Shown one piece after another: positions 52,926 to 63,817 of a stretch of 64,000 nucleotides of DNA. Every line of letters starts with the position of its first letter. Position 1 is the first letter of the stretch. Both the position numbers and the translations under genes were made by a program. This stretch comes from an uncultured Methanoregulaceae archaeon (GTDB lineage: Archaea > Halobacteriota > Methanomicrobia > Methanomicrobiales > Methanospirillaceae). The stretch is taken from positions 672,001-736,000 of the forward strand of contig OY969564.1 of NCBI GenBank assembly GCA_963701095.1. Reading direction: 5' to 3'. The notes beneath the pieces were generated by a model. The model saw nothing but the letters and a program-made list of their open reading frames with translations, ran no database searches and was not told the DNA's origin.

Positions 52926-53486
52926 TTATATCCGGCAAAGGGCACAGAACTGTTCAACAACCGGGTCGTTCCGCACCTCAGGGTGGAACATAACCCCATA
53001 GAGCGGCCGGTCCGGGTGATGGACAACCTGCACGTACCGGTCAGATGCAGCCGTCACCACCCAGCCGGGCGGCGGGTCGCAGGCAAAGGAGTGTAGTTCG
53101 TAGGCTTCAAATGATTGACGGTCGCAGAGGAGTAGGTCTGATCCGTTGATCCGGACTGTGGTCATTCCGATTTCGCAAGCCAGGCGGAGGAAGCCCCCGT
53201 GGACAAGACAGAGCGCCTGCATTCCTGCGCAGATCCCAAGGACAGGAACGTGAACGTCCCGGAGCCATGCAAACTCTTCGGCTTTTTCGGCAAAGAGGTT
53301 ATCTTTTAACGCAGTCCCGCAGAGAATGATCCCGTTAGCACTCTTGATATTTTCACCGGATATCACGGAAAAATGCACTTCCCGCCATTCATGCCCGGCC
53401 CTGGAAACAATCCGTGCAACCGGACCCACAAACTCATCCCGGGAAAGCGAGCCGGCTTTCCACGAGAGATCCACGAGAAGGATCAT
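52926..53486 (-). CDS. class I glutamine amidotransferase (GMP-synthase GATase-like)
   Basis: PVLGICAGMQ (catalytic Cys), YGVMFHPEV (His-Pro-Glu). Confidence 0.9.
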   Translation of the reverse strand: MILLVDLSWKAGSLSRDEFVGPVARIVSRAGHEWREVHFSVISGENIKSANGIILCGTALKDNLFAEKAEEFAWLRDVHVPVLGICAGMQALCLVHGGFLRLACEIGMTTVRINGSDLLLCDRQSFEAYELHSFACDPPPGWVVTAASDRYVQVVHHPDRPLYGVMFHPEVRNDPVVEQFCALCRI

Positions 53487-54163
53487 TTTGCCTCCAGAAC
53501 GGCACGCCGGACACAGAAGAATCCCCGGAAATTTGCATACTCTTTTTCGGATTCCTGAATCACGATCTTTTTCGTAAAGAGGGGAGAGTCCACGACCAGC
53601 GTCTCGTACTCTCCACCTTCTCCGGTAAGGGTAATGCGGTGCGTACGCACGTACTGCTGCAGGTCGAGGAGTGCTTCCCGGTCAATCTCCCTTCCAAGCC
53701 AGTCCGCAGAAAACGGGGCAGCGAAGACACCAGTGATAAGAGCCCGGAAGCCTGATGTAACCAGTTTTTCCATGTAAGTTTCCGGATCCGTATACCAGAG
53801 CGGGTTGAAACACCAGAGGTCGAGGTCGTGACAAATGCGCTGGACCCGGGATGCCTGGTATACTGATAGGAGGGCACCGGTTACTACACCCTCGATATCA
53901 TACTCTTCCACGGCAAGGTGTATGGCACGGGAAAGATCGTCGAGCTCGGCCTCCTCGATCCCTTCCGTTTCCACAGTAACAAGCGGGAGACCGGCCGCTT
54001 CTGCCTGCAGGGGCACGAGGTGGATATTGGGGATGTGGAACATGTAGCTCTCCTCGTTCCGGGACCGGACTGATATGAGGCAGGCAACCTCCTCTTTCTG
54101 CATCGCGAGATGGCAGGCGTACCATGAGTCTTTCCCCCCGGAACAGAGAACGCCGAGTTTCAT
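53483..54163 (-). CDS. dph6: diphthine--ammonia ligase family ATP pyrophosphatase
   Basis: SGGKDS PP-loop, SYMFH.PN, GVVTGAL.S.YQ, PLW, GEGGEYETLV.DSP.F. Confidence 0.85.
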   Translation of the reverse strand: MKLGVLCSGGKDSWYACHLAMQKEEVACLISVRSRNEESYMFHIPNIHLVPLQAEAAGLPLVTVETEGIEEAELDDLSRAIHLAVEEYDIEGVVTGALLSVYQASRVQRICHDLDLWCFNPLWYTDPETYMEKLVTSGFRALITGVFAAPFSADWLGREIDREALLDLQQYVRTHRITLTGEGGEYETLVVDSPLFTKKIVIQESEKEYANFRGFFCVRRAVLEAK

Positions 54164-54209
54164 TCCCTGTGTACTCTTATTTCCGACATCTTGAATCTCT
54201 CTTTTTAGA

Positions 54210-54328
54210 GGCCTGTTGCAAAATTGTGTGAAAGAAATCGTTCACAGATCACGAACATTTTGTTCACGGAACATGAACTTAAAGGCAATTTTTCCTTTCA
54301 CTAGTATCATACTTTGATTTTGGCAACA
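54210..54328. mobile_element. possible MITE/IS-end relic (~120 bp)
   Basis: GGCCTGTTGCAAAAT ... ATTTTGGCAACA imperfect inverted termini; no ORF, no clear target duplication. Confidence 0.3.
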
Positions 54329-54473
54329 AAATAGAGATCAGGTTCGTTCTCAGGAAAACCCGAGAGCGAATGTTCCTCAGCGGCATGCAGGGAGTCTTTT
54401 GCCATTTCCTCTCTTTCTGAGGATTGTGCCATCTTTTCTCTCCGTAATGAGTACAGAAAAATTTGCGCCCACT

Positions 54474-56147
54474 TCAAATTTTCGATCCATTCCGGTCAGT
54501 GATATCGCGGACAAACGCGAAGCTGTATTCATTAATCCCCTTTCGGACATAGGATGCCATAATCTCGACATCAAGGATAGTACCATCTTTCCTCCGGTGC
54601 CGGGTTGTGAAGAAACTCCTTTTTCTTTCTCTTAATCTTTGAACGGATCGTTCCCAGATTTCCGGAGTAATATCGGGATCCAGCTTGAAAATTTTCATGC
54701 CCTGAAGTTCTTCTCTGGAGTAGCCGGTCGTTTTACAGGCTGAATCGTTCCCGTACAGGATAGTGCCCTCAAAATCCAGCCAGAAAACTTCGTCATAAGC
54801 CTGGTCGACCGAGGTTTTAAGGAGGATGAGCTGGTCTTCCATCTGTTTCCTGTCGGTGATATCGTGAGCGCAGCCTTCAAAACCGATGATAACCCCGGCT
54901 CCGTTGCAATGGGGAACACCATTCGTGCTATGCCAGGCCCAGGATCCGTCAGCACGTTGGACGCGATATTCAATATCCGTTTTTCCCTTGCCTGTCGTCA
55001 TAACATACTCAAGGCCCTCCATACAGATCGGAATGTCATCGGGATGGACGAAGATTTTAAATGATTTCCCGACTACCTGACTCAAAGGGTGTCCCAGTAA
55101 TACAGTCCATCCTGGTGAAACAAAAGTAAACACACCCTCTTTATCGAGCGTATAAATTATGTCATGGGTATTCTCAACTAACCGACGGAACTTTTCTTCA
55201 CTTTCTTTTAACAATTCTAAGGCCTGTTTCCGTTCAGTAATGTCTGTGACCATACCAAAGGATCCCTGGAACGAACCTGCCTCGCCAAAGAGAGGAGAAC
55301 CTGAGATCAGGCACCAGATAACTCTCCCGTCCCGATGCCTGAGCCTGCACTCGTAACGGCTTTTAATCCCTTTCATCCGGGCAATAATCTGGGCTTCGAA
55401 TAAGGCCTGATCCTCCTTCATGACCAAATCCAGAACATTCCGCCTGGTCATTCCCTCACGCGTATATCCCAGCATATCGGCAAAACGCTGGTTAGAAAAG
55501 AGGGTATCAAGATTCCGGTCTAAGATCCAAACGCCTTCATTGGCCGTTTCAACAATAAGACGATATTTCTCCTCGCTCGCCTGTGCCCGTCTCTTGTCTT
55601 CTTTTTGCCCGGTAATGTCTTCAAAAACGACTGATGCGCCTTTCTTTCCGTTGTCAAGTACAGTTGGGGCGATCCGGCAGGTAAAAATGGTACCTCGGGA
55701 CTCGATGAAAAGTTCTCCTTTCCACTCGACACCCTTAATGCCATTCCTTACCCGGTCCAGAAAGGAACCAAAAATGTCGTCGAGAACCGGCACAAGGACG
55801 GAGTACTGAATATTTTTTCCAATAAGTTCTTCCCGGGATGTGTTCAGAAACTCGACAAAAGGCTCATTGACATATATAATCCTGAGGTGGCTGTCGAGTT
55901 GTAGAATAAGTTCCGAGGAGATCGAGAGGACTGAGGAAGAGGGAACCCGGTGTGAAAGGGTATAGATCTTGGCCATGCCAAAGAGGCGCATATCAACATG
56001 TCCGGATGCGAGAAGGGTTTCAAGATACCTCCCTGCGGTACTCCGGCTGATGTTCACCTCTTTGACGATTCCGGTGATGCTCAGCCCCTGCGGATGCTTC
56101 TGTAAGAGATCTTTGATCTTCACCGTAATCTTCTGGCTCAAAACCAT
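54474..56147 (-). CDS. winged-HTH plus four-PAS one-component regulator
   Basis: HPQGLSITGI..ISRSTAGRYLETL; N-terminal ~300 aa paralogous to 47150; ends after RDITDR with no kinase domain. Confidence 0.88.
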   Translation of the reverse strand: MVLSQKITVKIKDLLQKHPQGLSITGIVKEVNISRSTAGRYLETLLASGHVDMRLFGMAKIYTLSHRVPSSSVLSISSELILQLDSHLRIIYVNEPFVEFLNTSREELIGKNIQYSVLVPVLDDIFGSFLDRVRNGIKGVEWKGELFIESRGTIFTCRIAPTVLDNGKKGASVVFEDITGQKEDKRRAQASEEKYRLIVETANEGVWILDRNLDTLFSNQRFADMLGYTREGMTRRNVLDLVMKEDQALFEAQIIARMKGIKSRYECRLRHRDGRVIWCLISGSPLFGEAGSFQGSFGMVTDITERKQALELLKESEEKFRRLVENTHDIIYTLDKEGVFTFVSPGWTVLLGHPLSQVVGKSFKIFVHPDDIPICMEGLEYVMTTGKGKTDIEYRVQRADGSWAWHSTNGVPHCNGAGVIIGFEGCAHDITDRKQMEDQLILLKTSVDQAYDEVFWLDFEGTILYGNDSACKTTGYSREELQGMKIFKLDPDITPEIWERSVQRLRERKRSFFTTRHRRKDGTILDVEIMASYVRKGINEYSFAFVRDITDRNGSKI

Positions 56148-56321
56148 ATGCAGACTAATATTTGCGCTAAGATATAATGAACAATGGTTCGGATGCCGAA
56201 AGGGAGTGGATTTTATTTCCCGGGTAATCGTTCTTAACTCTTCTTGAATCTCTTTTTACGAAAAAAAGGTATGTTTGTTATCGGGCATAATTGCGAACCC
56301 GCAATCAAATCCTCGTACCTA

Positions 56322-57710
56322 TCATGTGCTCGCGTTTACCTCATGTATTGCATTGGATGGAACGGGTAGAGTGGGAATGGGTGTAAGCACAGGAGTCGGG
56401 GTTGGAGTCGGGGTTACAAACGAAACCTGCAGATCAATTATCCCGTTTGGCTGGGTTGTCGAAGCCGTTTTAACCGCTTCTCCGTTATTGTAGACGGTTA
56501 CTTTCAGTTCGTCGCCCGAACCATCCATCTTCTGGACAGATACTGCAGCCGCCTGATCGGTGGTGACGACCTGATATAGATGGTCGCCGGTATCGGTTAC
56601 GTCCTGATGCGTATTCGGTGAACCAACCCAGCCGGTGTAGTTCTGGTCGTACGAGATCTCAACCCATACACCTGTTTCCGGAATAAGCAGCTGGGTTGTC
56701 TGCGGTACTGATTCCGTAGTTACTGCAGCTGTCACAACAGGGCTCAGCGTTGGTGTCGGCATCATGGTAACCACCGTGGGTTGTGGCGTCGTCACCGGTT
56801 GGACAACGGTAGGATTTTGCAGGTCTTTCATGACGATAAATCCCCCGGCTGCGATCGCAAGGATCACGATAATAATAACGCCCGCCGCAAGGATCCCCAG
56901 ACGCATTTCCCGGGGCGCAGAAGGTGCCGGCGGCGTGTGCGGGACTGCCGGTACCGGTTCTGCCATGGGGATCGGGGCAGATTCTGGTACTGCCGGTGCA
57001 GATTCCGTGAGGGACTCCGCGTCTCCTCCTATGGGTCCCATCGAGTGAATGATCTGTTCCAGGGTCCGGCCCTTATGATCATCCGGTACAGGAGAGGCAA
57101 CCGGGGCCGGGGGAATCTTCTCGGCTGCGGCTGAATCTGCCCTCTCGCCTTCCGGCACGACATCATTAGTCCTCGCCGGGCTGGAAAAAAATCCCTTAGT
57201 GAGCGACGTGATCTCGGCAGGTTTCGTAGCAGATGGCTCATGTCCATCCTGATCTTTTATGGGGCGGGCAATTTCGATCTTCTTTAGTTCACCGAGATCA
57301 CCGGTATAGTCTGGACGGGACTGTCCGGGAACCTGCATACGCATCGCCTTCTCCACCGGGGGCGACCCTGCTTCCGGAACATAATTTTTAAGTGCTGTTA
57401 CCCATTCATCAGCCTTATGCCCGGGGTCGCTCACAGTCTGCCGGTCAATGGTGAGAACCATTTGCCGGGTTTCGCCGGTAGTGGTGAGAAGCGTGAACGT
57501 GATAACTTTTTCGTGGAGGGTATTTTCACCCTGTTCGAAGTCTTTTATCGTGGTAAGCAGAATATTTTTTTTGGGATGAGTATCTTTGATCCTGTCTACC
57601 AGAATAATCCGCTTGTTGGTGAGTACCGCCTCAAATGATGCCGATTTGATATGAACCATCTGCGCCGGAGCAAGCACCTTCTCGTCACTGCCTAGTTCCA
57701 GGTCGTCCAT
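56322..57710 (-). CDS. bitopic membrane protein with N-terminal PH-like domain
   Basis: EAVLTNKRIILVD (PH-like), Pro/Ala-rich linker, single TM, IPETGVWVEISY..K.DGSGDELKV.VY.NG C-terminal domain. Confidence 0.7.
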   Translation of the reverse strand: MDDLELGSDEKVLAPAQMVHIKSASFEAVLTNKRIILVDRIKDTHPKKNILLTTIKDFEQGENTLHEKVITFTLLTTTGETRQMVLTIDRQTVSDPGHKADEWVTALKNYVPEAGSPPVEKAMRMQVPGQSRPDYTGDLGELKKIEIARPIKDQDGHEPSATKPAEITSLTKGFFSSPARTNDVVPEGERADSAAAEKIPPAPVASPVPDDHKGRTLEQIIHSMGPIGGDAESLTESAPAVPESAPIPMAEPVPAVPHTPPAPSAPREMRLGILAAGVIIIVILAIAAGGFIVMKDLQNPTVVQPVTTPQPTVVTMMPTPTLSPVVTAAVTTESVPQTTQLLIPETGVWVEISYDQNYTGWVGSPNTHQDVTDTGDHLYQVVTTDQAAAVSVQKMDGSGDELKVTVYNNGEAVKTASTTQPNGIIDLQVSFVTPTPTPTPVLTPIPTLPVPSNAIHEVNAST

Positions 57711-57803
57711 TTTGTACTGCCCTCCTGAAATATTTTCACCGTAGGATGTCTGCCGGGAAAAAGATATGGCGATTATCCGTTGTAAGACAAGATTCTCGGA
57801 GTA

Positions 57804-58438
57804 TTAAACCCTTTTCTTACCAGTCATTAAAAAAATGGTAAATGTCCTCATTTCCCCCGAAAGAGAGGGTTTTGCAATCATCGCAGCAGTCCTGTTCCGG
57901 ACCGATTCAAACCCGGCGTTCCCGAAATATTTCATCATTACAATCCGGTCAAAGCCATTGTGGAACACACCTTCATGGGTATCATGAAATTTTCCTTCGT
58001 CGGAATCGAGATCGGCCACTGCAAGCCATCCCCTGGTCGTGAGAACACCGGCAATCCTTTCAAGCAATACCTCCACATCTGGTATATGGTGAAAGGTCAT
58101 GCTGCTGACCACAAGGTTAAATGTCCCCTCAAGAGCGTCTCCCTGATCGAGGTCTACGAGCCGGGTCCTGACATTCGCAATTTTCTGTGCCCGGATCTTA
58201 TTCTTCAGCACATTGAGCATACCTTGCGAGCTATCGACGGCAGTGACGGAACGGACATGCGGCTGGAGTGCAAGAGTTAAGAGACCTGTCCCGCACCCGA
58301 AGTCCAGAACGTCCATATCCGGTCCCGGTTTCACTGTCCCGATAATTGCCCTGGCCACATCCTGAGCCAGTTTTACCGGGCGGGGTTTTCGTCCCAGGTT
58401 GCCGCCTCTGTATCAAAATTACGTTTTTCGCCGGCCAT
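57804..58438 (-). CDS. class I SAM-dependent methyltransferase, -1 frameshift near 58377
   Basis: Restored N-terminus MAGEKRNFDTEAATWDENPARVKLA; VLDFGCGTG, VDSSQGML, SSMTFHHI, HNGF. Confidence 0.9.
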
Positions 58439-58549
58439 AACAGTAACCGGACTGTGGGTAGGACAAACGGAAATAATGCACGGATCGGATTAGATATACT
58501 AGTCGTTACCTCCACCAATAAGGAAATAACTTGGTAAAGACAAAAATGG

Positions 58550-61422
58550 GTGATGCAGATTTTTGCATTTTTATCCCTTCTATCGTCGATTATCATTATG
58601 GCGCTGGGGATATTTGTTTACTCAACAAACCGGAAAAGCCAGCTCAACCGGATATTTTTATTTCTCTGTGTAATGGCTTTTTATTGGGCATTTATGGAAT
58701 CAATGCTCCGGGACGCCGATAGTTTTAGCTCCGCATTCGTCTGGATGAAGCTGACCGCATTCTGGACCTTTGTTCCCGCAGCCACCTTTCATTTTACCCT
58801 GTACTTTACCGAATCCAAACTGCTCAAGAGGAGCAGCTGGATTCCCTTCCTTATCTACGGCCCGGCAGCCTTCTTTAGTTTCCTTGAACTGGTAACAAAC
58901 CTGATAATTACGACCCCGGTAATGAGATACTGGGGTTACTCCTACCAATATGCGCCGGATATGCTGCCTTTTCTTATCGAATTGGCATGGGCCTTTGGTA
59001 TTCTCGTACTATCATTGTTCTTGTGTATCCGGTATTATTTCCAGGTACCGGATTACAACAAAAAAACCAGACAAAATATATTGTGACCGGTATCAGCGTC
59101 GCAATTATCGGTGAATTTTTCTGTGAACTTGTGCTGCCTCTCTTTCATGTAATAATCCCGGAACCCGAGGCCATTTTCTTTATCTTCTTTTCCGGGATGG
59201 TCGCGTACGCCGTCCAGAAATACGAACTCTTTGTCGTCAATCCTACTACCGCTGCAGATAACATTGTCTCGACTATGACAGATTCCCTCATACTCCTTGA
59301 TCGCCGGTACACGATCACATCAGTGAATGAGGAAACCGAAAAAATCACAGGATATCAGCGGGAGACACTCGTCGGCAGGCCATTCTCAACCATTTTTGTG
59401 AATCCCCAGGATAGCAACGAAATCCTTTCAAAAATTACAGCAGATAGTGCGATTAGAGATATCGAAACCCTGTTTCGTTCGCACGACGGGGCATCCATCC
59501 CGGTCAGCTTTTCCGGTTCAGTGATAAAAAATACCAGCGGGGAAAATAATGGTATTGTCTGTATTTCACGGGATATCACCCAGCGTAAACTGCTCGAGGA
59601 CACCCTTAAAGAAAATGAGCACCGGTTCCGCGAGCTTGCCGACCTTCTTCCCCAGACCATTTTCGAAATGGATATGGAAGGAAATCTCACGTACGTCAAC
59701 TATGCCGGGGTGGAGATATTTGGCATTGACAATACTAAGATCCGGACTGGTGTAAATGTCCGCGAATACCTGATACCCGGCGATATCGAACGCATGCGCC
59801 GGGGACTGGCCCTTGTAATGGGAGGTGCAAAGTCCAGTGGTGAAGTGTATACTTTACGAAGGCTTGATGGAACTTTGATGAAAGCAATGGTAAATACCGG
59901 GCCTGTTATCCGGAACGGTGTGGCAATCGGATTCCGTGGCATCGTGATCGATATCACTGATCGGGTGACCCTCGAAAAAACCCTGAACGAGACCACCGAA
60001 TTCCTCACCGGTATCCTACAGGCATCACCGGTGGGCGTATTCCGGCTCGATCCGTCAGGACAGATCACATACATCAACGAATCATTCAGAAAAATTACCG
60101 GCATCACGTTTGAAATTCTCCAAGGGAAATATTGGGCAGATATCCTTCCCAAGGAAGAGCGTGAGCGCATGATTATGGCGATTGCCGCATCTGTGCGAGA
60201 GCACAAAATGGTAGAAGCTGAAGCCCGGTATATCCACCCTGATGGCAAGCAGTACTGGCTGTTTGGCCAGGTCGTCCCTCTTTTCGATCCGGTAGGTCAT
60301 ATCAAAGGCTGGGTTGGTACGATCACGGATATTACCCAGAGAAAAACCATCGAAGTTGAACTTCGTGAGAGTGAAGAAAAGTTCCGGTCCCTTGCCGAGA
60401 ATACTGCCGCTCTTCTTTTTTCGCTTGATGTAAACGGTGTATTTACCTACGTTTCACCGCTCATAAACAGTTATGGATTTCTCGTCGAAGATGTTGTTTC
60501 CCATCATTTCAATGATTTCGTCTATCCGGACGACCGTAAGAAAGTTCAGGTTAATTTCCGGAACGTTATTGATGGAGAACGCGAGGTAACTTCCGTATTC
60601 AGGATGGTTGATAGATGGGGGTACATCCACTGGGTAGAGGAAATAAGCACTATCCGGGTGAATGTCTTTGGTAAGCCGGTGGGCGTGTACGGTGTATTGA
60701 GGGATGTTACAGATCGCCGGCGAACAGAGGATGCTATACAACTGGCTAACAAGAAGCTCAATCTCCTGAACAATATCACCCGACACGATATCATCAACAC
60801 GATAACGGGGCTTTTTGGGTGCGTTGATATGGCAGCATCTACGCAAAGCAAGGAAGAACGATCCGTCCTGCTTGCAGAGATTAAGGACCTGGTACGGATT
60901 ATCCAGCGCCAGATTACCTTTACCCGGGAGTACCAGGAAGTCGGGGTTCATGCCCCGGTCTGGCAGAATCTTAAAGACGTCATGGACCGTGTCATTGTCA
61001 ACTTCTCAAAACAGAATATCAGATTTGACCTGGACCTCGAAGACACGGAAATCTATGCTGATCCCCTGCTTGAGAAAGTGTTCTACAATCTCATCGATAA
61101 CGCAATCCGGTATGGGGAAACGGTCACTGCAATCAGGTTCTATTATCAGATCTCGGACAAAGGGCTGGCACTCATCTGCGAAGACGACGGCGTCGGTGTC
61201 CCGGCTGAATCAAAGGAGCAGATCTTCGAACGCGGTATTGGCAGGAATACCGGTATGGGGCTCTTTTTAACCCGGGAGATCCTGTTGATCACGGGTATAA
61301 CGATACAGGAGAATGGGACCTATGGAAAGGGGGCACGGTTCGAACTCTTGATACCTAACGGTGCCTGGCGGTTTCCGGTAACCGGGCAAAGAGGTAAAAA
61401 TATCTCCCAGCCGACCAATTGA
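58550..61422 (+). CDS. HisKA_7TM-type membrane sensor, four PAS, histidine kinase; -1 frameshift in an A-run near 59063
   Basis: N-terminal multi-TM domain across both ORFs, PAS modules, ITRHDIIN, HATPase. Confidence 0.9.
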
Positions 61423-61434
61423 TGCTATACGGGA

Positions 61435-61812
61435 ATGGTGAACATGGCAAAAGGCTCGATTCTCCTTGTTGAGGATGATGATATCATTGCAAAAGTTGCA
61501 CAATGGCGTTTAAACAACCTCGGCTACGAAGTTGTCGGGCGTGCAACATCAGGGGCAGAAGCAATGGAACTGGTCGTTAAACAAAAGCCGGATCTTGTAC
61601 TCATGGACATCAATATCAAAGGCGATATTGACGGGATCGAAACGGCGCGGATGATAAAAAAAGGGTTCAACATTCCTGTGGTCTATGTAACCTCGCACAC
61701 CGACGGGCCGACACTTGAACGCGCAAAAGGGACAAATCCTGACGGGTTCATCGTTAAACCCTTTGATGACAATGACCTCCGTGTGGCAATCGAGCTTGCA
61801 TTGAATAAGTAA
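61435..61812 (+). CDS. single-domain response regulator
   Basis: ILLVEDD, PDLVLMDI, DGIE, PVVYVT, FIVKPF. Confidence 0.95.
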   Translation: MVNMAKGSILLVEDDDIIAKVAQWRLNNLGYEVVGRATSGAEAMELVVKQKPDLVLMDINIKGDIDGIETARMIKKGFNIPVVYVTSHTDGPTLERAKGTNPDGFIVKPFDDNDLRVAIELALNK

Positions 61813-62029
61813 CGTCCCGGATTACCGGGTCAAAATAAAATACGCTTTTTTCCGACTTTTTCTCCTGGCTGTCACCGGCCTTACGTATAACTCCACAGTT
61901 ATATCTTTTACCCGGAAGGGTGGGTATCCTAACCAGACGCATCTGGTCAATACATAAAAGAGCCGGGTGAAGCATGTATCAGCGGTTTTGGATACCACGA
62001 GCACAACACGTGAAAGGAGGTAATGTCGT

Positions 62030-62176
62030 TTGAGAATATTCCGATGTGAAATCTGTAAAAAACCCTGTATGTTGACCACCCTCGATAACGAGAATATTAA
62101 ATTTTGTCCGGTCAACAGTAAACCCGTTGCCTGGAAACAGCTTAACCGGGATAAAAAGAACGTATGCACGAATTAA
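62030..62176 (+). CDS. Cys-rich microprotein (48 aa), not in ORF track
   Basis: GAAAGGAGGT RBS 8 nt before TTG; MRIFRCEICKKPCMLTTLDNENIKFCPVNSKPVAWKQLNRDKKNVCTN*. Confidence 0.6.
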   Translation: MRIFRCEICKKPCMLTTLDNENIKFCPVNSKPVAWKQLNRDKKNVCTN

Positions 62177-62202
62177 AGAAAAACTACGAGGAAATTTTTC
62201 AG

Positions 62203-62690
62203 TTACTTTCCTGCCTGGACGTTCATATCGGCATCTTTCAGTCCGGGATGACGGTAGCGGCCTCGTCCCTTCGTTCCCAGGAGCATGGCAGGATCAATAA
62301 CTCCCACCGGACAGAAATTACGGTAGGAACAGCAGAGTTCGTACCGGTGCTGCCAGACAGGCCGGCCTTTTTCAATGACTATATTGTTTACCGGACAAAC
62401 CACAGCGCAGGTGCAGCATGAGGTATAGGCACCAGAGACCGAGAATTTCCGGTCTGCGTCATGAACACTCCGGGCAAAGGGACCGTAGAGCGCTCTGTGC
62501 ATTAAGGAGGAGAGAGGCGAGAGCCCGGGCTGAACGGAAGCGCCTTTTTCAATTAAACCCGCGATCTCAGTGAGGCGTGCACCTGCAGCTGCAATGATCT
62601 AATAGTCTTCATGGTGCCGTTTTCCGCAAAGATGTGTGCTCTTACCCTGTAAAGGCGTATCCCCGGGGATAACCTCACAAAACAGATCCG
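62203..62690 (-). pseudogene. decayed EFR1-type flavodoxin/ferredoxin gene
   Basis: TSCCTCAVVCPVNNI...PVWQHRYELCCSYRNFCPV...RYRHP with several cluster Cys lost; upstream part fragmented. Confidence 0.65.
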
Positions 62691-62703
62691 GATGTTTTCC
62701 GGG

Positions 62704-63210
62704 CTAGGAAAGTTTTGCAAGCGCTTCGTGAATAAATGCCGGGATATCTGCCGGTTTCCTGCTTGATACAAGATTTCCGTCAACAACCACCTCTTTATCG
62801 ACGTATTCGGCCCCAGCATTTTTTATATCTTGTACAAGCGACATCCATGCGGCAACCCGCCGGCCCTTCAGGACATCAGCGGTGATGAGTAACTGTGCGG
62901 CGTGGCAGATAGCAAATACCGGTTTCTCTTTGGTAAAGAAATCCCGGACAAAACGGACTGCATCAGGATCGATCCGCAGCTTGTCGGGAGAGTAACCACC
63001 GGGTATAAAAAGTGCATCAAAATCCTCGGCCGTGACTGCACGGACTGCTTTATCGATATGAATCGGGGTCCCGTATTCCCCTTTCACCATTGATCCCGCA
63101 ACGAGACCCACGTGAACGATAGTGTGACCGGCTTTCCGGAACGCAACCACCGGCAGCTGGTACTCCACATCCTGGAACATATCCGTAAGAATCACGGCAA
63201 TCGTTTTCAT
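62704..63210 (-). CDS. pfpI: PfpI/DJ-1 family protein
   Basis: FQDVEY, FDALFIPGGYSPDKLR, AICHAAQLL, VVVDGNLVSSRKPADIPAF. Confidence 0.92.
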   Translation of the reverse strand: MKTIAVILTDMFQDVEYQLPVVAFRKAGHTIVHVGLVAGSMVKGEYGTPIHIDKAVRAVTAEDFDALFIPGGYSPDKLRIDPDAVRFVRDFFTKEKPVFAICHAAQLLITADVLKGRRVAAWMSLVQDIKNAGAEYVDKEVVVDGNLVSSRKPADIPAFIHEALAKLS

Positions 63211-63409
63211 GGTCTTTCCCACCCGTACCGGCCCGGCATACTACCGGATTACGGAACGATTACCCGTTGTGCACAGATAAAGACATTCATCGTACGTAGA
63301 TTTCATCGTATTTTGTCAGGGTCAATGGGTTTTTTACCTATGAGGTTTAGTATCATCCATCGGATCCGGCCTTTTTCCCCATACTACAAGGCCGGGACTA
63401 GGATGAACC

Positions 63410-63817
63410 ATGGCTGAATCGCTCATGATTGAACAGGATATCATAGAAGACCTGCTGACCCGGCTCTCAGACAAAGGTATGAAAGGAAAAGAGGCTGCCA
63501 TTGAAGCCTTGGCAATAAGCACTGAAGACGATGGCTGGAGGCCGGAGGAGCTCATCCGGCAGGGCGGAATAAAGATCGTCAGGAACATGTTACAGGCAAA
63601 AAACAAGCACATTGTCTATTCAGCTCTGAAAATTATTGTCGCTGTTGCGTCTACGGGTGAAACCGAAGCACTTATTGAAGAAGGTGTTATCGCCTGTCTG
63701 GATGCTATGGCGGATGACAAAAACCCCGCAATCCGGGAAAAAGCCAGGGAAGCTCTTGCTCTCCTCCAGCCCGATGTAGGTTATGCTGTTATGTCAAAAC
63801 CCCAGGACGAATATTAA
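63410..63817 (+). CDS. small HEAT/ARM-repeat-like protein
   Basis: LIRQGGIKIV..ML..KN, LIEEGVIACL..MADDKNPAIREKAREALALL. Confidence 0.7.
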   Translation: MAESLMIEQDIIEDLLTRLSDKGMKGKEAAIEALAISTEDDGWRPEELIRQGGIKIVRNMLQAKNKHIVYSALKIIVAVASTGETEALIEEGVIACLDAMADDKNPAIREKAREALALLQPDVGYAVMSKPQDEY

